Shown here: positions 40,625-54,287 of the stretch, piece by piece
How positions within the stretch are numbered: the first letter of the stretch is position 1
Layout of the letters: each line of letters begins with the position of its first letter
Program-made: the position numbers and the translations under genes
The notes under the pieces: generated by a model
What the model saw: the letters and a program-made list of their open reading frames with translations, nothing else
What the model was told of the DNA's origin: nothing
Databases searched by the model: none
Origin: Octopus vulgaris
Taxonomy: Eukaryota
DNA: 64,000 nt
Assembly: GCA_951406725.2 (NCBI GenBank)
Contig: OX597816.1
Coordinates: 103,788,001-103,852,000, forward strand
Direction of reading: 5' to 3'

Positions 40625-42100
40625 ATCAGCATCATCATTTAATGTCTGCCTTCCATGCTGGCACAAAACTTTTGTAACTGTTTTAATAGGATTTTTACAG
40701 CTGGATGCTCTTCCTAACACCAACCAATCAACAGAGTGGATTTAGTGCTTTTTACGTGGCACAAGTACAGGTGAGGTCAGTTTTGGAAAGGTTTTTACTG
40801 CTGGATGCCCTTCCAAATGCCAACCACTTTACAGTGTGGATGGGTGCTTTTAAGTGGCACCTGCACTGATGGGATTACCTAGTAGTTGCAAGACAAAAAA
40901 AATGTCTTTGAGAGGGGAGGGGGCATTGGAGGAGGTGATCTTGTGTTGGATGATGAAAGATTATAGTGAGACAAAGAGATAGAAACAGGTGTCTTGCTGT
41001 AGAGGGGGTACAAGGTTATCTAGCTGGAGAGAAAGAGAGAGAGGCAGAGAGTGAGTCAAGAATGAAGACCAAGAGTGAGTCAGGAATGAAGACAGAAACA
41101 GGTGCGCTGACAACGCAAAGGAAATACATGGTTACCCAATCTGAGAGAAGTGCAGGAGAAGGAAAGAGAGAATTGGAGACAGCAGGATAGAGGCAGTGGC
41201 AAAGTGTCAGGTATACTCACAAGGGACGGTGATCAGAATATAAATGTGATGGTTGAGTAAAGGAAGAGAGAAATACAGATGGTGGCAAGTGCCATGACAT
41301 ACCCTTGAGGTTCGAACACCATAATATAAGTGGCAGGATATTCTGAAGGAAGCATGATTAAAGAGTGCAGGGGTGAGGGGTGAGTGGTGAAAACCTGGGT
41401 ATATATAGAGCCAGGGGGCTATCGGATAGCAATGATACAGAGGAACAGGGCCATGAGGACAGGAGTGGGGAGTGAGAGCTAGGCATAGTGTATGAGGGAG
41501 GAAATGTGAGGAAGAGAAGAGATGTAGATTGGTTTGTTGGGTAGGGTGTGTGGAAAGTTCTCTTGTTACATGTGGGTAGAACATACAGGTTGGGGGCTAG
41601 CACATAAAAATGATACAGTAAGATGGCGTGTGGGTGGAGCACGTTAGTTGGGGGCTAGTGGAGAGCAATGATACTGTGGCACAGGGCCAAGAGATCAGAA
41701 TTGGGGAGTGGGAGGTAAGTACAGTGCATGAAGTGGAAATGTGAGGAAGAGATGTAGAGATGTAGTTTAGTTTTGTTTTGGTAGAATGTGTGAGATGTTT
41801 TCTTGTTAAGTGTGGGTGGGACACACAGCACTTCTAGAACTCAGATTCACTGATTTGGGCAGGTTTTCCCAAGAACTTCATATCACTAGACATCCTTGTT
41901 TATTGTCATTTCCTCTGCAAGGCCCAACATTCTGAGATCAGTCCTTACTACTTCATCCAACGTCTTCCTGGGTCTCCCTCTTCCGCGGGTACCATCCACT
42001 TTCAGTGATCGGCACTTCTTTATGCAGCTGTCCCCATTCATACGTGTCATATGTCCAAACCAACATAGTCTTCTATCTCACATGCTACATTTGATTCCGC
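40625..42100 (-). mobile_element. RTE/RTEX-type 3' remnant with an expanded UTR and an internal duplication with a period of about 235 bp
   Basis: (CAT)n tail and 'gctggatgcccttcc' at 40625-40860; RT C-terminal remnant at 41900-42100; 41414-41590 is repeated at 41650-41830. Confidence 0.6.
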
Positions 42101-42110
42101 CATAATTGAG

Positions 42111-42189
42111 GCTCTGATGAAGCTATAGAATGTTATTCAGGCACTCAACTATGAGTCCAGTGCATCTTATAGCAGAAACAGCTGAAAGC
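42111..42189 (+). ncRNA. Hammerhead-like motif with a mutated cleavage triplet
   Basis: GCT-CTGATGA-a-GCTATAG...TTATAGC-a-GAAA-CAGCTG-AA-AGC. The inverted copy retains GTA at the triplet position. Confidence 0.55.
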
Positions 42190-42416
42190 TAATGGAGTAC
42201 ATAACATAACCGGCTTTTTTCCTTTGTCATCTCATTTTCTTATACACACACATATATATGTATGTATGTATGTATCCTATATCTTACCACTACCAACTCT
42301 TACCTTTCCTCGACGGACACTACCTCTCCATTGGATTTTTTTACCTCTAAGGACACCTACCCTATGGCTGCACCTCTCCTACATGGATCAAAGTGACTTT
42401 GTTATTGATATATATG

Positions 42417-42453
<37 letters not shown>

Positions 42454-42639
42454 ATATACACACACAAACACACACATATATGTATATATACAAATAAAAA
42501 CACATTTGTATATGTGTGTTTATGTTTTTCTCTCTTGACAACTAGTGTTGGTTTGTTTACACTCCCATACCTTAATGATTCAGTAAAAGAAACCAACAGA
42601 ATGAGTACCCATGCTTAAAAAGTAAGCAGCAGTGTCAAT

Positions 42640-42860
42640 TTAACTCTTTTGCATTTAATCCAGCTACATCTGGCTCAAATATTCTACCTGTTTTATGTTA
42701 AAACTGACCAGATCCAACCCCCTTCACACCTACCCTACAATGTTAGTCAAAAAAATTTACAAACACACGATTGAAATCTTGAAGCTACAAAATATTGTGT
42801 GATTAATTCAAAACAATGTGAGTAAATAAGTAATACATTTGACAAATGCTAAGGGGTTAA
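42640..42860. mobile_element. piggyBac-like MITE nested in a SINE A remnant
   Basis: TTAA-ctcttttgcattt ... aaatgctaagggg-TTAA. SINE-like sequence resumes on both sides. Confidence 0.55.
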
Positions 42861-43179
42861 AAAGCATTGTCCCAACATGATTATAGTCAAATGATTGGAA
42901 CAAGTAAAGGCAAAAGATGAAAGCTTTTTTTATTCTAAGCTGAGTTTTGAGTTTTGAAGGATTTCTATATGTTATTGATCACTGTAAAATTATAACCTAA
43001 AACATTATTATTGTGATGTCTGTATCCTTAAGTTGGTGCTTTGTTGTTTTCAAATTTAGCCTTTCAAAACATGTAAACACATATTAGTAAACTAATTTAT
43101 GTTCATATGTTTTAAGTTTTTTTTTCAATAATTTCAAATATGAGTTTGTTTTTTGCCTCTCTATTTCTCTCTCTCTCTC

Positions 43180-43600
43180 TCTTAGTAGTAGTAGTAATAG
43201 TAGTAGTAGTAGTGGTAGTAGTAATAGTAGTAGCAGCAGCAGCACTGGTGGTGGTGGTGGTGGTAGAGGTTGTAGTGCTGGTGGTTGTAGTGGTAGTGGT
43301 TGTAATGCTGGTAGCTGTGGTGGTTGTGGTGGTTGTCGTGATAGTGGTTATAATGTTGATAGTTGTGGTGGTAGCTGTTGTAGTGATGGTTGTGGTTTTA
43401 GTTGTAGAGGTTGCAGTGTTGGTAGCTGTGGTGGTAATGGTTGTAGGAGGTGTTGTGGTAGTGGTTTTAATGATGATAGTAGTGGTGCTTCTGGTTGTGG
43501 TGACAGTGGTGGTGGTGGTGGTAGTAGTAGTAGTGGTATTAGCGATAATGGTTGTGGTTGTGGTACTAGTAGTAGTAGCAATAGTTGCAGCTCTAGTGTT
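43180..43600. repeat. Degenerate (GTN)n trinucleotide tract
   Basis: Mosaic of GTA/GTG/GTT triplets. Confidence 0.9.
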
Positions 43601-45164
43601 TCATAGGATATCTGAACATTTTTATATGTATTATATTCCAAGTATTACACTGTCTAATTAATTAGATTTAAATTTTTTCAACAACTCAGTAGCCTTTATT
43701 TTATCTTTTTTTTTATGAATGTGTGTGTATGTGTCTTAGTGTGGAGTATGCACACACATGCATGACACATACACACACACATATTGCTTGTAAAATTTAA
43801 GACAATCAATATCTTTATTTTCTCTGTCTTAAATGTCATCGCATTCATTTAAATGCATAATTTATCAGTTTAGGACTACTGTTTATACTGTTGAAGTGTT
43901 GCTTCAATACTATACAATTTTGCACAGTGTTATCATGTAACTTAGTTATTTCATTGCTTTTATTCATTTTATAGTTCACATTAATTTGTTTTGTTTTTTT
44001 TTCCATTTTAGCTTGAGTGAGATAGTTTTACAAATTTAGACATTTACACACTGTTAGGTTAGAAAAAAGGGATGTTAAATTATAATGATGATGATGACGA
44101 CAATGTCGATGATGTGTGTGTGTGTGTGTGTATATATTTATCTATTCTTAACTTGTTTTTTTCTTCTCTGCTATTTCTAATCAATTAAGCAACATTGAAA
44201 TAGAGGAAGTACTAAAGATTATGGTTTTCCAAAACTGCTAGCTTTATCTTAAGAGATGAGAACTTTTTAAACATTTACATGTACCTATGTGTCAGTTGAT
44301 TTGATATCTGATTGTCACAAAATCCTTCATTCCTGGATATGTACACAGACTAGAATAAAAACAAAAACCTTTCTTTTTAAACTAAAAGTAATAACACTGT
44401 TATCCATTAGACCATTGACAAATGAAAAGCTCATTTTGTACTTAGTATATCAATCTGCCAAATTCACCCTATATATATCTGCTGAAGTATGTCTTCTGCA
44501 TAGGGTACAACAAGCATGAAATTTGTCATCTTTATTATGATGAAATCAGACACAGCTGGTTCTTTCTTTTGTATGGAGTATTGTTATTATTTCTGTATAC
44601 TATGCACTTTTGTAAAATGATAACCCATAGTTATGTGTAGTGATAACCAAGAAAAATAGCTTTTGGGCATAATACATGCTGACTTTTCTTTAGTATTGTG
44701 ATGCATGGAAAAAAAGTGTGTTTTGTTAGATTTGTTATAATTGCTGTATAGAATATATTGAAAAACTTCAGTCATTCTAAAGGTAGCAAAAACCAAAGAA
44801 AAAGCAAATTTGAAAGTGATCTTTGAACTCTATTGGTGTCAGCCATAAAAGTACATTTCCTGTGTAGTCAGCATTTTAGAAATCACGTGATCATGGTTCT
44901 TTTATGAAGAAGGTACCAATCATACATAAATATCAATCACTTCACCATTCCTCATGACTTTTCTCAATACATCTGTAAATCTTATCACCCTGATATCTAA
45001 CTTTATCACCTCTTCCTACGTGTTCTCAAGATACTTTCTTGCTTGAATTTAGTTTTGACGAAAAATTATTACACTATTCTTCCTAGAATGTCATTATTGT
45101 TGTTGTTGCTTAGCTACATATCAGCCCTAATCCAGCAGATCTATGCTCAAATGTATTCAAATGA

Positions 45165-45570
45165 GGACCGGCTGTGTGGTTAAGAAGCTTGATTTGCAAC
45201 CATATGGTTTTGGGTTCAGCCCCACTATGCTGCACCTTGGGCTAATGTCCTTCTTCTATACTCTTAGATTGAGCAACGTCTTCTGAGTGGCTTTTGTAGA
45301 TGGAAACTGTGAGGAAGCCTATCATGTGTGTGTTTGTGTGTGTGTAAATACACACACACACACACATGTCTGTGTGTGTATGTGTCCTTGTGTTTATATT
45401 TGTCTGCCCTCACCACCGCTTGTCAGTTAGTTTCTTTACTTTCCTGTTTCTTAGCAGTTTGGCAACAGAATCTGATAGAATAAGTACTGAGGTGGATTTC
45501 TCCAACTAAACCCTTCAGTGCTGTGCCTGAGCATGGCTGCAGTCCTATGACAGAAACAAGTAAAATATAA
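45165..45570 (+). mobile_element. SINE family A, diverged
   Basis: 'ggctgtgtggttaagaagcttg...caaccatatggtt' through 'gagcatggctgcagtc...aaacaagtaa'. Confidence 0.7.
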
Positions 45571-46334
45571 ACTGCCTATTTTAAAGGCATAATATTATGT
45601 TTAATTACATTATCCCCTGTGTCCTTCCTTTACTTAATAATGTTAATGTATGGCTTGAATAGACTATGTAATACTGAGATCTAATAGACAAAAGCATGTA
45701 GCTATCTTATCTGCAAACAAAGATTATATTTTCTTTTAGTAACCTTCCCTATTTTGTGTGTGTGTCACCATCACTTGCCACTAGGGTATTCTTTTCTTTC
45801 TGCAACTAAAAGTGATGTTTCAATCATAAATATTTTTAAATGTAACATTTACCTCTTAAATTAGTTTTTTAAACTCATGCTTTGCACTATTTTGAATTAT
45901 TTCCCTTAGTTCAGAATATTTTAGTATGCAAATTAAAGAAAATATACATGGGCCAAAAATTATCTGCAACCATTTTTTTTTTCCATTATTGTAATTGGGA
46001 AATATTCTTTCAGCTAATCAGGTAAGCTTAATTAAGCTATATTATGCTGATGAGAGCTAATAGTCTGCAACACATCCACACCTATTCCCTGCTTGCAAAA
46101 GAAATAAAATGGATTTTTCTCTCAGCATGTAAATTAACTTTGGGAGATTCAATATTGGCCCAAGAGCTTGCAACAGATTGAACCTGCTCTAAAGATATCC
46201 AAGGACTAAGTGTTGTGGTTAAATCTGGTGACAGATTTACCACCCAAGTAGGATTTGGTGTGATTTGAACTCAGAACACAAACAGCTGGAACCATTCCAT
46301 CAGTCCACTGCCCTATTCTGGTATTTTATATATT

Positions 46335-46557
46335 CTATCATTTACTTGCTTCAGACATTAGACTACAGCCATGCTAGGGCACTGCCTTGAAGGGTTTTAA
46401 TCAAACGAATTGAACCCAGGACTTATTTTTCTTTTAAGCCTAGTACTCATTCTATTGGTCTCTTTTGCTGGACCACTAAGTTATGAGGATGCGAACATAC
46501 TAGTGCCGGTTATCAAGTGGTAGTAGGAGCAAACACAGACATACACACACACGCACA

Positions 46558-46603
<46 letters not shown>

Positions 46604-46750
46604 TATACAACAAGATTCTTTCAGTTACCATCTACCATATCCTGAGGTTATAGTAAAAGACACTTGACCACGGTACTATGCTGTGGGACTGAACCTGGAA
46701 CCCTGTAGTTTGGAAGCAAACTTCTTACCACACAACCACACCTATACCTA
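46335..46750 (-). mobile_element. SINE family A
   Basis: Colinear with 4296-4690. Confidence 0.75.
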
Positions 46751-47414
46751 TTGATCATAGTTAAATTGAGTAAGATTCATATTCAGAATGCAAGAAACAA
46801 AATAAAAGAGCTACAAGGCATTATATTATGTCCAGTGCTTTGACGACTCCACTACTTGCTTTGCAGTCAATGCTGCAATGTGATATACATGTATAGTAAA
46901 GGACTACATGGTAGATGTAGTGGTGTACCAGAAAAAATGCCTCATAATATTGACCTCTGTCCTTATATTAAGTCTAACTGTCTGAAATTGTTTATTGTTA
47001 ATACAAATATAATTTTTCAGTCTATTAATCTTGTCTTTAGAGATGAAATAGTTGAAAAAAAATATTTTCATCAACAGGGATGTAAATATTAATCATAAAT
47101 ATTAAAGCATTTTTAATCTTTTAAGTATGAAAAATTATAATTGCATGTTCCTGTGTGTTCTGATATGAGAATCCCACCAGGGCTGACTGAGCCTTTCATC
47201 CTTTCCCAGGTCAATAAAATAGCTAGCAGTCAAGTTATGGTGTCAATTTAATTGACGATGCCCTCTTTTAAAATGTGTGACCTTATGCTTAATGCTAGAA
47301 ATCAATATAATGCATATTAATATTGAAACTATAAACAAATAAACATATGATAATATCATAATATATACTGTGATATTACAGTATATAAATAATAATATGA
47401 AGATACAAAGAGAC

Positions 47415-47780
47415 TCATCATCATCATCATCATCATCACTTGGTGTCTGCTTTCCTTGCTGGCATGGGTTAGACAGTTTGACTGAAACTGGCAAGCTGGA
47501 GGGTTGTGCTAGGTTCCAATCTGATTTTGCATAGTTTCTACAACTGGTTGCTCTTCCTAATGCCAACCACTCTAAGAGTGTACTGGGTGCTTTTTACGTG
47601 CCACTGGCATGGATGCCGGTTCTATGAAACTGGTATTGGCCACAGCTACAATTTCACTTGGCTTCATGGGTCCTCTCAAGCATGGCATATTGTCAAGGAT
47701 CTTGGTCACTTGTCATTGCCTCCATGAGGCCCATCATTCAAAGATCATGCTTCACTCCCTTGTCTCATGTCATCCTGTCA
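47415..47780 (-). mobile_element. RTE/RTEX 3' UTR remnant
   Basis: (CAT)n tail and 'cttcctaatgccaaccactc...gtgctttttacgtgccac'. Confidence 0.72.
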
Positions 47781-48479
47781 AATAATAATGTTAAACTGTT
47801 ATAAGTATACACAAAGCATAAAAATACTGATGCACATAGAATAACAACATATACTTGTACAAACTGATTGAGGAGACCTGGCCCAATTACTTGCAATGGG
47901 GTAAACTCCTTCAAAAGCACCCAAAGGATGATGAATCAAGTCTACCACCTTCTACATAGTCATTAGAAATAGCAGGGAAACCTACCTTAGATTACACACC
48001 TTGCCATCTTCAAAAGAGAGAGAAGAATTAGATAATATATTACTATACCCATGAGAATATGGGATGGTTATGGCTGGAATGCCTAGGAATGAGATTACAG
48101 GAAAAATAGCATATATTACAATATAGATTTAGTTTAATGTTAGAATGTAACAATAACATGACTCAGTGAACCACAGACAAATGTTCACAAACTTCAGGGT
48201 TATAAAGGAGAGTTCACCTGTGTGAAAACCCTAAGGAAGTAATTCTTTTTGAAGATGCTCATCCAGGATTTTAACACATATGTGATTTTGTATTTTGTTT
48301 AGATAATGAGAAGAAATGGATGCTTTTGAAAGTAAAAGTGTAATTATTAGAATGATTGATGAGATGCCTTGTAATTTCCATTCTGAATCTTAACATTCTG
48401 AATTCAAATTTTGCCTCCTATCACTAGCTTTCTCATGATTGGAAACAGGGACCTTAGGCTCTGTCAAATCTCTGTTATA

Positions 48480-51400
48480 CTGAAATTTCCATGTAACACC
48501 GATCAGTTTGCGAGTTTGTATGGGAACTTTTTGATCTCTTGCAGTGACCAAAGGTAAAATATGGTGAAGAGTATAAGCACTGCAAAAGTGTTGTGGGCAT
48601 TATGCTTGTTGTAAGCTGAATGTTCAGATGATGACACTTTTAACATTGTTTTAGCTCTCTTGAGGTACTCATTCCTTGTCTTCTCCTTATTGATGGATAT
48701 ATCACAGCTGACATTCTCATCCTGTTCAAGGCACTTGTATGTTTCCATAGAGAGTAAAAGCTGTATTAATTTCATTCCAATTTATTTAATGAATTGGGTT
48801 ATGAGATCCAGTTGCTTTTTTGATGTGGTTAATATTTAGCCCAAACAGCTTCAGGTCATCATCAAAGAAAAGGGGAGAGGTGTTAAAGGATCCATTCCTA
48901 TATCAGCTATGTTTCTTGATTGGGTATGATAAAGGGTTTAACAAGAGAACAAAGAGCAGAGCATTACTGACAAGGTATCGCCCAGAAGGATGCCTTTTTG
49001 TAGTGTGTAGTATAAAATTTAATATGTTTATTGTTGCCTCTAAGAAGTAGGTAGAAGTACCAGTTTCTAGTTATGTGGTGGATGGCAGCTACTAATGGTA
49101 GCAGGACTTTGGTTAATTGCAGTGCTGAAAGCTTTTTTGGTTGTCCAGCTACACCATGTTTCTGCAGTTCTTCTTTCATGTATCATTTTAATAATCAGCA
49201 AGTGCTCAATACAACCTCAAACTTTCTTCTCTTCTCAGTTTGTTCAGGAGTTATAATAGTGTCAGTTGTACAGAGTGGTCCTGTAGAAGCAGATTGAGGC
49301 ATCCAGTGTATATCTTATGCATGATCTGCTATCAAGTGGTTATTTTTAGATTCAGTGGTTTGTCTATTTTAAAGCATGAGAAGAGTGATGACTGTTGACA
49401 ACTAACTATATGGTTATGTTTGACATACCTTTAATATTCTTATTATACAGTGTTATTAAAGCTTGTGGATTGAAATTGGGATTTTTTAATCAATATCCTG
49501 TAATAAGATATGAATTTGAGAATTTTCTATTTTGTATTTTTTCAGGACTCTTTCTGGTACTGCACCATTGATTTTGTAAAATTTTTATTCAACATGCTTG
49601 CCGTACCTCTGTTCTAATTTGTCTCTCCATTCAGCTTTTTCATTGAATCTATCATTCCGTTTCCATATTGATTTTCATTATCTTTTAAGTTGTTCTGTTG
49701 ATGGGATGTTTATCATTGATAATGTGTTATTTTTGTTGAAGCTATAATATACTGATACTGGATCTCTAACAAACAATCTATTCAATGTTTTCCTTTTATA
49801 CTTGGCAGATGTATATTTTAATTTCTCCAGCTGTTACTTCTTGTTTTGGGTGATGAAGTTTGAAATTTAAGGTTTTACTCTTTGAGTTCCCAAACTACTT
49901 TCCTTGTTTATCTTTTGGCCATATGATTGGGGGGGTGGATTTATTGATAGCGTCACACTTCATAACTATGATTATCTGTGAGATGGTTCTTCAAAGAAGC
50001 ACTATTTTATTTTGCAAGTTGTGAGCCTGGCCTGACTTGATGTTTACATTTGACTTCATTGTTCAACTCCAACTCATTTTGATAGGCTAGTGATGTTATT
50101 GTTGCACACATATCAGGAAATTTATAGTTTCATATGGGAGTGCTGCTTCAATAGACAGGAGATAATTCCCCACTATTTAAATTATTACTTTCACTTCTGA
50201 ATTAAAAGGTTCTTTTTTTATGATTGTTTGAAATTGCCTGTCTTTGAACTTGTTGCATCATATCTAATGACACAACTGTTAGAGAATTATAAAGATTCCA
50301 ATATTCCATGGTTTATTCAAGGAAGCTAACATTTTTATTCTCTAGCAGGTTATTTTTGTGTAACTGTAGTTCGATGTTGTCACTGAAGGTATTGATGTTG
50401 TTGAATGTTCTGTGATAGTCTACTGTGAGACAGCCACTACTACATTCAAGGTGTACACTGTTGTCAACATCAATGTTGTTGTTATTGGATATTGTACTTT
50501 TTGGTGGTGTTACTATGTGTTAAGTAAGGGGGTTCATCTATGTGTATTGGTGTGCAGTTAATGATATGCTTCCTTTATTCATTTAGATGTTTTGCACATA
50601 GATTTTAAACTTGAGAAAAGTCATGTATATTTTTACTCTTCCACTTACAGATTGTATATGTAATGTGTGAATTAGCTGGTCGATTTCTTTTTAGGAAAAC
50701 CCCAGCTTATCCATATTGTCATTTAGGAACTTGTTCATAAAAGTGCACCAGTTATGGTTATAAATGAGAATTTGTAATCTGAGTACAGGTTCTGGAGGTT
50801 TCAAAGCAATTGTCTGTAATTATCATCTTTTTCTTTGATTTTGAAAGAGGCATTCACATGAGTAAAGCAGCCAACCTCTCTAACAGTACAAAGTTTTCTT
50901 TGTCTGCCTCAAACAACAATATACAACCTTGTATGTTTGCACTTGGTAGTTTTGATGACAATGTTCCACCAATATTCCTTATGTTTATATTTGTGTAGGT
51001 AATCAGTAACAGAGTGTGTTCTATATTTATTCCAAGACAGTCTTTTTTTCAAATGTCATTGTATATTGTTTCAGTGACAATATCATGTTGCATAGAGAGG
51101 TAATACCTGGATATTTTTGAGTGGCTACTAATTGCAAATGATGTCTTCCACAGAAATATGACATAATCTGGTATTTTCAGTTGCATCTTGGGGCTCCAAG
51201 GCTTCACTGTCTCTTTTGTTTTCAAGATGTTTTGTAGCAATCTACCAATCTTGGATTGCAAATGTATAGCCTTCAAAGTGTGATGTTATGTATCAGAAAA
51301 AGAATGTAAGAGATATTGCATTTTGTGTCGATATTACTGTCTTCTTCAAGTCTTTAGAAAACATACTATAGGCACAGGAGTGGCTGTGTGATAAGTAGCT

Positions 51401-52270
51401 TGCTTACCAACCACATGGTTCCGGGTTCAGTCCCACTGCATGGCACCTTGGGCAAGTGTCTTCTACTATAGCCTCGGGCCGACCAAAGCCTTGTGAGTGG
51501 ATTTGGTAGACAGAAACTGAAAGAAGCCTGTCGTATATATGTATATACATATATGCGTATGTGTGTGTGTATATGTTTGTGTGTCTGTGTTTGTCCCCCC
51601 AACATCACTTGACAACTGATGCTGGTGTGTTTGCGTCTACATAACTTAGCGGCTCGGCAAAAGAGACCGATAGAATAAGTACTAGGCTTACAAATAATAA
51701 GTCCTGGGGTTGATTTGCTTGACTAAATGACTGAAACAAGTAAAAGAATAAAAAAGTAAAAGAGATAAATATGCATAGTCTTCTTTTGGTATGCTGAGCA
51801 TTTCATGTCTAGGTCTTCTTTGAGATAATTTAGTCCAGTTGTTTTATGGTTGTATTCATGGCCATCAGAAAGCGAGTGCATCCTAAGGAGCTCATTGTTG
51901 ACACATAGGATGTTGTGCTTTCCTCTTCTCAGCACAAAGTTTATGTATTTATTTTTGCTGCTGTTGTTTAGCAGGTACTCTCTGAGAGAGACTATTTGAC
52001 ATTTCAAGACAATCTGCTCTGATCTCAAACCACTTCATTTGTTAGGCAGAGCCTGTTGGCATCACTGTTTCTGTGGAAGTTTCCTGTTGGTATCAAAATC
52101 TTACAGGTTTTAATGTTTATAGAATGGATTTTCTCTATAGACCTGTCGAGTATGCCAAATGTTGGAATCAATATTGATACTGCAAACATATGATAATTGT
52201 GGAATATTGTCTTGTAAGAGGAATATTCAGATTGTCATATTTTTCTAAGTCTGGGATAATCTTGGGTCAC
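48480..52270 (-). mobile_element. Highly decayed R4/Dong-like (restriction-like endonuclease) LINE remnants, interrupted by a SINE
   Basis: Minus strand: LFFDDDLKLFG at about 48840-48872; YKCLEQDE...HNAHNTFAV in ORF 48503-48775; FEGYTFAIQDW at about 51245-51280; YLSMQHDIV...IY at about 51060-51100. Confidence 0.6.
51370..51760 (+). mobile_element. SINE family A, low-divergence copy with intact head
   Basis: 'aggcacaggagtggctgtgtgataagtagcttgcttaccaaccacatggttccgggttcagtccc'. Confidence 0.9.
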
Positions 52271-52295
52271 TCTATCTTTATTCACATATATGATG

Positions 52296-52326
<31 letters not shown>

Positions 52327-52494
52327 GTATGTGTGTGTGTGTGTGTATGTCATTATCCAGTTTTATTTCAAGATTTCTTGCTAATAGAGAAAGAGCTGGT
52401 TTCTAACCTAGATCCAAGGCTCCTTCATTGAAATTTCAACAACATGTATGTATGTACATACACATGTTTTTACATATGTATATATATATGTTTA

Positions 52495-52537
<43 letters not shown>

Positions 52538-53466
52538 GTACATACATTGGCTTCGGAATGTTCAGTTGAAATAAGTCATTGGTCTTAAATGTAAGCACGG
52601 GTATTTTGATTAGATCTAGTGTGTAACAGCATGCTAGTCTGAAATTGGAATTTCATATCTTTTCTTATTGCTGGTTAATTCATTATTAACTGAAACATTT
52701 ATTTGTAGTTATGTACTGATTTATCTATGTACACATCTCTGACTATGGGTAGACTCTTATCTGTTCAAATCATTTTTTCTTAATTAGAGACAGATTGTGC
52801 ATACATATTGGAATAGATATAGTTTCAATTGTTCTTTGGCTATCATTGATTTTAATTAGAATCTTCTTATTTTTTTCTCACTGTATTTGTTTCTACCCAC
52901 TTTGGTTTTAGGAAAGCTAAATTATTGATCCTTTCTGTGAATGCTTGACATGGTCAAACATTTTGGAAGGGTCAAGGATTCTTGGCTGATATAGTAACTA
53001 TTAGTGAGCTAACAATTTCTAGTTTTACATTAGCAATATCTGGGTGGAACCAAGAGCTTCCATGTGGAATTAACATACAAGAAATCTTGAAACAGCAAAA
53101 TCTCACTCAAATTATATCCCACAATTTAAATTGAGAAGGATACTATAATTAATGTACTGTGTGATATATGAAAAATTAGAATGCATCTGATAATAAGACT
53201 GTCAGTTCAATCAGTGCTGACCCAAGATTACATAACTACAACAGATTGTTTCTTTTTTTAACTGGTTTGGTTAGAAGGAAGGAAGTGTGTGGGTGTCTAC
53301 AGACTCTAAGATCAGTGAGGTTGATGTAGTCATTGTTCTTCATGAACAAAATGGATTTACAACTTCAATATCCATACATATCTTGCATCTATTTTCTTTC
53401 CTCCACCTCACTCTCTATTTTGTATCACATCTAAACTAACTATGACTTAACCATCCTCTCACACCA

Positions 53467-53516
53467 TCTCTGATGAAGGGATATAATTAATAAATATCCT
53501 GGAAACAGCTGTAAGA
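53467..53516 (+). ncRNA. Minimal Penelope-type hammerhead motif
   Basis: TCT-CTGATGA(53470-53476)-a-GGGATAT-loop-ATATCCT-g-GAAA-CAGCTG-TA-AGA, with the palindrome ACAGCTGT and a GUA triplet. Confidence 0.65.
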
Positions 53517-54287
53517 CCTTCTTTCTATAAATGTTCTAATATCTACACAGCCTTGGTTTTTTATCTCATTACGCAAAAAATTCTTATATCTATACACATA
53601 AGGAAAATAGGCTACTGCTGCTTAAACAATCAAAACCAAGAACCCACATCCTTCATTAAATATTTCTTCAGATCTGCTACTACCTACCTACTGAGCCTTC
53701 ACAAAAGTAAAAGAGAGAGACAGACAGACAGACAGGCAGAGAAAAGGAAAATGTCTGATGTATTTGAAAACTATAGAAATATTTTTAAAAAACATTTCAT
53801 TTAATTTTTCCACAATTTATTTCTTTTTCATGCTTTACTCTAAGTTGAAAAAGTCACAAAGACTGAAATCGGTACTAAAATGTTCTTCCTGATAAAATTA
53901 TTTTAGCATTTTCTATCTTGTCTTATTTTCCTTCTACATATCAACTCGTGTGTTACCTTTCAACCTTCTTCATATATATATATTTATATGAGAGAGAGAG
54001 AGAGTACAATGAATTTATTGTGAGTAGTAGAATACTCAATATTTTAGACAGAATCCTTCTTCAGCTTAACATTGACAGGAGGGACATATATGAAAGACAG
54101 AAGTGTTTTACATGCACTATGTTTGAGAATTTCACTGCAACTGATTAGAAACAGATGACCACATAGAAACACTCTGTCCAAGATTTTGGGTCTTCCACTT
54201 CCAAAAGCAGCTTTGCTGTACTCTTTCTGTTTCATGCTTTTCCCTAGAATTTATTTTATCATATATACATGCATACATACATACATA

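Noticed and set aside
43140-43661. 173-aa poly-valine ORF
   Set aside because: Translation of a degenerate (GTN)n microsatellite, with no domain or splice context.
46044-46080. CTGATGA-gagctaatagtct-GCAAC hammerhead-like string
   Set aside because: The GAAA box is broken and stems II and III do not pair convincingly.
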